In this document: positions 57,708-64,000 of the stretch, piece by piece | Layout of the letters: every line of letters begins with the position of its first letter | Numbering within the stretch: the stretch's first letter is position 1 | Assembly (NCBI GenBank): GCA_964007735.1 | Contig: CAXGAI010000009.1 | Coordinates: 62,001-126,000 of the forward strand | From: an uncultured Rhodopirellula sp. | Lineage (GTDB): Bacteria > Planctomycetota > Planctomycetia > Pirellulales > Pirellulaceae | Reading direction: 5' to 3' | DNA: 64,000 nucleotides | Made by a program: the position numbers and the translations under genes | Notes under the pieces: generated by a model | The model's database searches: none | Seen by the model: only the letters and a program-made list of their open reading frames with translations | Told to the model about the DNA's origin: nothing

Positions 57708-58645
57708 CTCAGTTACCACGCGTTATTACAGATGATGTACTTTCCGACAATCTCATCGAGCTACTTGCTGGAAAAATCGAACGCCTTCCCTGGGCAACCT
57801 TAGATGGTGGTGTGGATGAAACCGTCGACGGAATTTTAACCTTCGGGCACATGCTGGTGACAGCCGGGCATATGGCTAAGTTCCCCAATCTAAAAGTGGT
57901 TAGTAACTATGGTGTGGGTGTTGATCACATCGATGTCGAGGCCGCTCGAAATTTGAACATACCGGTTGGCAACACACCTCACGTGCTCAATGGAACCACG
58001 GCGGATCAGGCCATGACTCTACTATTGGCGGCTGGCCGTCGATTAAGAGAAGGAGATAGATACGCCCGCAGTTCTGAATTCACCTACTTTGACCCCGCCT
58101 ACATGCTGGGCACGGAAATCCACCATCAAACCGTTGGGATTATTGGACTTGGTGGAATTGGTTACCAGATCGCCCGTCGTTGTGCAGCGTTCGATATGAA
58201 TATCCTCTATCACAAACGAACACCGTTAGCCGACAACCCAGAAAATCTCAAACTAACGTATGTCTCGCTGGATGAATTACTACAGCAATCCGACTTCGTA
58301 GTTTGCATCTGCCCGCTGACTGAAGACACCACCGGCCTGATAGGTAAAGAAGAGTTTGCCAAAATGAAGAACTCTGCCGTGCTTATCAATGTCGCCCGCG
58401 GGCCTGTTGTGGATACTGCAGCATTAACAGAAGCACTACAACAGAGAATAATATACGCAGCGGGTTTAGATGTGACCGATCCGGAGCCATTACCCCGAGA
58501 CCATCCTTTACTGTCGCTGGACAACGTAACCCTCGCTCCGCATCTGGGCAGTGCCACTATGCAAACTCGGCGCAAGATGGCTGAGATCAGTGTTGAGAAT
58601 CTGCTACTTGGATTAGACGACCAAACCCTTCTTCATTCGGTCTAA
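57704..58645 (+). CDS. D-2-hydroxyacid (glyoxylate/D-glycerate) dehydrogenase
   Basis: GVGVDHID, GLGGIG, INVARG, LDV..PEP, PHLGS. Confidence 0.93.
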   Translation: MTQLPRVITDDVLSDNLIELLAGKIERLPWATLDGGVDETVDGILTFGHMLVTAGHMAKFPNLKVVSNYGVGVDHIDVEAARNLNIPVGNTPHVLNGTTADQAMTLLLAAGRRLREGDRYARSSEFTYFDPAYMLGTEIHHQTVGIIGLGGIGYQIARRCAAFDMNILYHKRTPLADNPENLKLTYVSLDELLQQSDFVVCICPLTEDTTGLIGKEEFAKMKNSAVLINVARGPVVDTAALTEALQQRIIYAAGLDVTDPEPLPRDHPLLSLDNVTLAPHLGSATMQTRRKMAEISVENLLLGLDDQTLLHSV

Positions 58646-58699
58646 AATCATCGTGTACCCTTTTATCCAGCGGGTAGGATCGATCTATCTACAAATCGC

Positions 58700-59695
58700 T
58701 TAGATAACTTCCCAACTCTTACTCTCTGACGCACGTAAAATCGCTTCGATCACCCTCATATTACCGACGGCATCGGTAATCGGAGTTGGTACGTCGGTGT
58801 TGTCAAGCACCGCGCGGGAAAACAGATCTCCCTGTATTCCATATTGATCACAAATATCAAAAACGATCTCTTCAATTTCACCACATGATTTCTGATGCCA
58901 CATTTTGCAGGGAGCATCTGGTGGAGCATTGAATGGAATTTCGATTTCAATCCGACCCTTGTCACCATAAATATTGACTCGCTGGTAAGGGGCTAACTGA
59001 GTCGAACAGGTGAAGGTCGAGGTCCCATTACCAAAATCCAAAATGGCACTCGATAAAACATCGGTTCCAAATTCTGAATGGAATTCTGCAATTCCACTCA
59101 CTCGATTCGGTTCACTGCCAAAAATAAAACGCGAGACGCTGATCGGGTAACAACCAATATCCATCAAACCACCACCACCGATGTCTGCCATATTACGAAT
59201 ATTGTTCGGATCATCATTGAAATAGGAGAAAAAAGAATTGATCGTTGTCAGGGTTCCGATACCGCCACCGCGAACAATTTCACGAGCTTTCTGCCACTGT
59301 GGATGGTGGCGATACATGAACGCTTCCATACATTTCAAATCAGGATGAGCCGCCGCTGCATCTACTAACTGCTGACCCTCTTCACTGGTCAAAGCAATTG
59401 GCTTCTCACAGAGAACGTGCTTACCGGCTTCTAAGGCCTGAATGGAAACCGGAACATGCAAATGATTTGGTAGCGGATTATAGATCGCATCAATATCCGG
59501 ATCTGCCAGCAACGCTTCATACGAACCATAGGCTTTTGGAATTCCTAATTCCGCCGCCGTTGCCTCCGCCTTTTCCTGTGTCCGAGAGGCAATCGCAACA
59601 ATATCACAGTACTGAGCTTGTTGCATTGCAGGGATTACTTTTTCAGTACCAATCTTTGCCGTACTTACAATTCCCCAACGAAGTTTATCTGACAT
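58700..59695 (-). CDS. Gfo/Idh/MocA family oxidoreductase
   Basis: LRWGIVSTAKI, YNPLPNHLH, CEKP, DIGCY. Confidence 0.93.
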   Translation of the reverse strand: MSDKLRWGIVSTAKIGTEKVIPAMQQAQYCDIVAIASRTQEKAEATAAELGIPKAYGSYEALLADPDIDAIYNPLPNHLHVPVSIQALEAGKHVLCEKPIALTSEEGQQLVDAAAAHPDLKCMEAFMYRHHPQWQKAREIVRGGGIGTLTTINSFFSYFNDDPNNIRNMADIGGGGLMDIGCYPISVSRFIFGSEPNRVSGIAEFHSEFGTDVLSSAILDFGNGTSTFTCSTQLAPYQRVNIYGDKGRIEIEIPFNAPPDAPCKMWHQKSCGEIEEIVFDICDQYGIQGDLFSRAVLDNTDVPTPITDAVGNMRVIEAILRASESKSWEVI

Positions 59696-59796
59696 AACGC
59701 TATTTGAATCTCACTCCTCATGCGAGTTAATTTTGAGTCATCTATTGCCACTCATTGTAAGATTTGCGATATAGAATGCCAGCGGGCATCGCAGGT

Positions 59797-60771
59797 CTAC
59801 TGAAAGCGAATACCAGATTTCAATTGATAACCGCGTAAAAATTCACCGGCTGTCATCACCCGTTTACCAGCTGGCTGAACCTCTAATAGCCGAATACTTC
59901 CTGACCCACACGCCACAACGAGGGTGTCATTTTCAGCAATAATTACTTCTCCTGCAGAATGTCCTTCAGGTTCTGAAAGTCCCTCTCTCTCAATCGACTC
60001 AGAAATTGACAGTTGCGAAATAATCAAACGCATCGGCTGTTTCCCCCGATCCCATACCGTAAAACTGCCCGGCCAGGGCTGGACACCATGATGATTATTC
60101 AGAATCTCTTTCGCACTCTTTTTCCAGTCGATCAATCCATGGTTCTTCGTAAGGCGTGGAGCTTTGGTTATACCAGCCGGGTCCTGAATTTCACCAATCG
60201 CTGTCTGCTCATCCCACTTGTCCAGCAATCTAATTGCCTGAAGGACTGCTGGCGCCCCCAGTGTTGCAAGCCGCGTTTCCAAAGTCTCAGCATTATCGTT
60301 CGCCTCAATCGGAGTCTCCATCTGAACCAATGAGGGACCGCCATCCAATTTAGGGGTCATATGAATGACCGTGATACCTGTGGTTAACTCACCGTTAATG
60401 ACTGCCCACTGCACAGGTGCTGCCCCCCGGTATTTTGGCAAAAGGGATCCATGAAGGTTAATCCCGCCAAAACGAGTCGTTGCCAGTGCCTCACGGTTGA
60501 GAATCTGACCATAGTCACAGACAACCATCAAGTCTGCCGCATAAGACTGTAATTGTGCTATCGCATCCGGAGTATTGATTGATTCCGGCGCCCATACCTC
60601 GATGCCAACCGACTCTGCAACTTCACGCATCGGATTTGAAGGAGGTTGTTTTCGGCCTCGGACGGGTCTTGCAGGTCGAGTCACAACGATAGGGACATCA
60701 TGCCCATCCCTCAGGATCGCCTGAAACATCGGAACAGCAAATGGCCCCGTCCCCATAATGATCAATCGCAT
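59797..60771 (-). CDS. fmt: Methionyl-tRNA formyltransferase
   Basis: MGTGPFA, NLHGSLLPKYRGAAP, LDGG, VQPAGKR.M. Confidence 0.96.
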   Translation of the reverse strand: MRLIIMGTGPFAVPMFQAILRDGHDVPIVVTRPARPVRGRKQPPSNPMREVAESVGIEVWAPESINTPDAIAQLQSYAADLMVVCDYGQILNREALATTRFGGINLHGSLLPKYRGAAPVQWAVINGELTTGITVIHMTPKLDGGPSLVQMETPIEANDNAETLETRLATLGAPAVLQAIRLLDKWDEQTAIGEIQDPAGITKAPRLTKNHGLIDWKKSAKEILNNHHGVQPWPGSFTVWDRGKQPMRLIISQLSISESIEREGLSEPEGHSAGEVIIAENDTLVVACGSGSIRLLEVQPAGKRVMTAGEFLRGYQLKSGIRFQ

Positions 60772-60789
60772 GACTTGTGTATCCGTCAG

Positions 60790-61371
60790 TTACTTACAGA
60801 ACTTTGCTTCCCATTCAGCTAACTTTTGATAGACTGCCTGTTCATCAGGAATGAGTCCATCCGTTAACTTGGAACGGTATTCAATCTCGAACTCCTCGAT
60901 CTCACCCTGAATTGCCTGAAGGTTATGCTCTACCATTCGGTCAGTAAACATCACTCCATCCAAATGATCTGTTTCATGCTGAACCACCCGGGCCATAAAA
61001 TCGTCCAGATCCAGACTGATAGCTTGACCGTCAATACTAAATGCTTCGACGTGAATACTCTTGGCACGATTTACCGCGCCGTAAACACCTGGCAAACTTA
61101 GGCACCCTTCATCAGCGACCTCATTGCCTGTTCCTTTGCTAATCACTGGATTAATGAATACAAATTCTTCACCCTCGCCCTCGGCACCACTGGGATTAGC
61201 CACAAATAACCTTAATGGCAAATTAACCTGGTTGGCAGCTAAACCAACGCCTTTAGCCTCATACATTAACTCAAACATTTCAGCCACAATCGCTTTCAAT
61301 TCAGCATTGATGCGCATGACCGGCTTCGACTCATATTTTAAAGTGGGATGTGGATGGGTGATGATTTCCAT
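60790..61371 (-). CDS. def: Peptide deformylase
   Basis: GVGLAANQ, EGCLS, QHETDHLDG. Confidence 0.97.
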   Translation of the reverse strand: MEIITHPHPTLKYESKPVMRINAELKAIVAEMFELMYEAKGVGLAANQVNLPLRLFVANPSGAEGEGEEFVFINPVISKGTGNEVADEGCLSLPGVYGAVNRAKSIHVEAFSIDGQAISLDLDDFMARVVQHETDHLDGVMFTDRMVEHNLQAIQGEIEEFEIEYRSKLTDGLIPDEQAVYQKLAEWEAKFCK

Positions 61372-61614
61372 GATTGAATTCGAACTGACTAAGGTGACTT
61401 CCTCTAACGTTTCGACCTTTAGAACTTAGCATTGATGCATCTTGGCTGAAAGTCCCCGGGGAACCGCCTTCGGGTTCCGGAAGAAATATGCAACGGAAAA
61501 TCTTTTTGAATAGTTCCATACATAAACTCTGATTGATTCGTTCTTCGAATCTGATTTTCCATCCCTATAATAGAAGCAACCGCCAATCCACATTAATTTC
61601 ACTGGCAAAACCTT

Positions 61615-62712
61615 GTGACAAAGTCCGACGTATCAACAATCGAAGAACCTCTTTCTGATCGTTCTCCTCTGGAAGGCAGTGAGCTACCGGAGAATCAGGG
61701 AGAATTACTTGCCGATCTCAGTGACACCGATGAAATGTTCTATTACGAAAACGGGCATAATTCAGCGGTCTTCATCTCAGCCGGAATACACTGTTTGATT
61801 TTTGTTCTTTTGATCTACACCTGGAAAACGACGTTCTTCAAGGGAGCGGCGGAAGAGCAAACGGCGGAGGGTGGCATTGTATTAGTCAACAACTCGTCTG
61901 AAAGTCCGACCTATCATCAAAATCCAAACGAACAGAATATGCAGGACACCTCTCAGGCCGCGGCATCCTTAAGCGAACTTGTCGAGGAAGCCACTCAGGA
62001 AGATGCCTTTTCAGATTTAGAGCTACCGGGTGGCCTGCCTGATGCCAGTGCGCAGCCCGTAATCGAAACCAATGGTAGTAGCGAGAGTGCACTGCCAACA
62101 CTGGAAGAGTTAACCAATAATAAAACTTCAACCGGCGGGGATTACGGAAAAGTTGAAACCGGCGTTTTTGGTATCAAAGGTAAAGGCTCTCGGTTTATCT
62201 ATGTCTTTGACCGATCTGCCTCCATGTCTGGCTATCAGGGCCGCCCAATCGATGCGGCACAGCAACAACTACTTGCGAGCCTGGAAGATCTAAAGGAAAA
62301 CCATCAATTCCAAATTATCTTCTACAACGAATATCCTTCCATTTTTAATCCATTTTCCCCATCTCCACCCAAGCTGCTGTATGGAAATCCCCTCAACCGC
62401 AAACAAGCTGTTGAGTTTGTTGAAAACATTGAACCAAGCGGACAGACCAATCACATTGCCGCTCTTAAAATTGCTCTCAACATGAAGCCAGACGTTATCT
62501 TTTTTCTGACCGATGCAGATGAACCTCAATTGACAACCGAAGAACTCGCCTTCATCACAAATCGCAATGACGGAGTAGGTGCCTCAATCAATTGCATTCA
62601 ATTTGGTGTCGGAAAATATCTGGGCGCCAAGAACTTTTTAATGCGACTAGCAGATCTCAATGGTGGTCAATACAGCTATGTCGACTTGAATAAACTCCGG
62701 TCGATACGTTAA
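61615..62712 (+). CDS. Membrane-anchored vWA domain protein
   Basis: TM with S..IH, low-complexity linker, MIDAS DRSASM...T...FLTD. Start uncertain. Confidence 0.82.
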   Translation: MTKSDVSTIEEPLSDRSPLEGSELPENQGELLADLSDTDEMFYYENGHNSAVFISAGIHCLIFVLLIYTWKTTFFKGAAEEQTAEGGIVLVNNSSESPTYHQNPNEQNMQDTSQAAASLSELVEEATQEDAFSDLELPGGLPDASAQPVIETNGSSESALPTLEELTNNKTSTGGDYGKVETGVFGIKGKGSRFIYVFDRSASMSGYQGRPIDAAQQQLLASLEDLKENHQFQIIFYNEYPSIFNPFSPSPPKLLYGNPLNRKQAVEFVENIEPSGQTNHIAALKIALNMKPDVIFFLTDADEPQLTTEELAFITNRNDGVGASINCIQFGVGKYLGAKNFLMRLADLNGGQYSYVDLNKLRSIR

Positions 62713-62738
62713 CCTTCCGTTTTGAACTTCAGGAATCC

Positions 62739-63839
62739 GTGGTAGTGAATATGGGTAGGGAATCTAATTCCGGACGAAGCTTACTAAGGCTTGGTGTCAT
62801 CAGTTTCTACTATGCTATGCTTGCCAGCACTATTCATGCGCAGACACCTTCACCGGACGTTGTAACCATCTTCAATAACAAAACCAAGAAGATGCAAACG
62901 TACCGAGGTACTATCGTTAGCTATGACTACGATGAGCTCAAACTGCAATTAGTCTCCGGACGAGAACAATTAGTGCCTTCCTCTCAAATCAGTAATATCT
63001 CTAGCAAGTGGAATGCGGACTATATTGCCGCTGAAGGCTATATGTTTGAACGACGATTTGAGCGGGCATCCATCAGTTTTCGTCAGGCGTATAGCAAGGA
63101 AGCTCGCCAATGGGTTAAACATCGCATCACCGCCAAAATTATTCAATGTGAACAGAATATGGGGGATTGGCATAAGGCTGCCAATCAATTTTTCGATGTT
63201 CTACTAAGCCAGCAATCGAATACCCCTTATTTAACGGCGGCACCAATCGTGTGGCATCCGCTCACCTCTTCCGGTGAACTACTTCACCGAGGGCGCGAAT
63301 TAATGAAAGCTGAAAATCCACTTAAACAACTCGTGGGAGCCAGCTGGTTATTCTCCTCACCGTATAACGATGAGGCCCTGATTCTGTTTAAGCAACTCGA
63401 GCAACACTCAGATCGGTCGATTGCACTGCTGGCTGCGGCTCAGCTTTGGCGCAGTAAGACACCATTAGCCAAGCCCGAGGATGTTACCTACTGGGATCAG
63501 GCGGTCACAGAACTCCCGAAAGAACTCCGCGCGGGACCTCTTTACATTGTGTCGCTGATGAAACGCCGACTGGATATGGAAGAAGAAGCCGTGCTGACCA
63601 TGATGCGAATACCTATTCTATATCCATCCCAACATCATCTTGCATCCGAAGCAGTTCATGCAGCGGTCAAGGAATTGATGGATATGGCTCAATACGATGA
63701 AGCACTCAACTTATGCAAAGAATTGGCTGCAAATTACAGTGACACCACCGCAGGTACTCAGGCAAAACGATTAGAATCGTCTATCCATTCACGTATCAAA
63801 GCACGCAATGCAATAAAACAGGAAGGAGATTCGTCGTGA
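62739..63839 (+). CDS. Secreted TPR-like helical protein
   Basis: Signal-like N-terminus; TPR-like helices ending 'LAANYSDT'. Confidence 0.65.
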   Translation: MVVNMGRESNSGRSLLRLGVISFYYAMLASTIHAQTPSPDVVTIFNNKTKKMQTYRGTIVSYDYDELKLQLVSGREQLVPSSQISNISSKWNADYIAAEGYMFERRFERASISFRQAYSKEARQWVKHRITAKIIQCEQNMGDWHKAANQFFDVLLSQQSNTPYLTAAPIVWHPLTSSGELLHRGRELMKAENPLKQLVGASWLFSSPYNDEALILFKQLEQHSDRSIALLAAAQLWRSKTPLAKPEDVTYWDQAVTELPKELRAGPLYIVSLMKRRLDMEEEAVLTMMRIPILYPSQHHLASEAVHAAVKELMDMAQYDEALNLCKELAANYSDTTAGTQAKRLESSIHSRIKARNAIKQEGDSS

Positions 63840-64000
63840 GGCGATTTAACTGGCTAACTACGATAGCTGCCACGGGCTTGGTTTTCGGACTTATGTTTCA
63901 GGTAAAGGCTATCGCACAGGACGGAGTCCCATCCAAAGTCCAATCAACTGGTTTTACGGATATCATCTTTTCCGGAGGGATTACCGGACTGGCGATTCTG
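63836..64000 (+). CDS. Probable MotA/TolQ/ExbB proton channel protein (3' partial)
   Basis: GTGA overlap, GAAGGAG RBS; MRRFNW...AQD...FTDIIFSGGITGLAIL resembles planctomycete ExbB N-termini; follows vWA and TPR genes. Confidence 0.5.
   Translation, partial: MRRFNWLTTIAATGLVFGLMFQVKAIAQDGVPSKVQSTGFTDIIFSGGITGLAIL

Noticed and set aside
1..64000. CRISPR array, IS, prophage, rRNA
   Set aside because: No regularly spaced repeats, transposase, phage or rRNA signatures seen by eye

Overview
A 64-kb core-chromosome segment of a Planctomycetota bacterium, probably Pirellulales. The assignment rests on the DUF1501/DUF1549-DUF1553 cytochrome pair, DUF1571, DUF1080, sulfatases, CRTAC/FG-GAP and bacterial topoisomerase VI. 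About 50 CDS and one tRNA-His(GUG) are supported. I saw no integrase, transposase, phage gene or CRISPR array. Housekeeping genes are rplU, an RNase E/G, hpf, rarA, pyrE, fabH, pepF, def and fmt. Many secreted hydrolase or carbohydrate-related proteins are also present. The most notable points are: (1) a co-oriented hpf-EIIA-HPr-EI-RNase E/G-rplU run with no sugar permease, whose long spacers appear by eye to fold into tandem or multibranch hairpins; (2) an archaeal-type topo VI B/A pair whose B subunit carries a second H2TH domain; (3) a LysM/L,D-transpeptidase with Ser in the catalytic Cys position; (4) a sulfatase with a non-canonical CVQTR motif; (5) two small aromatic/Pro/His-rich secreted proteins; (6) an orphan anti-sigma/FecR-like protein. 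All calls come from motif recognition by eye. No database search or folding program was run.
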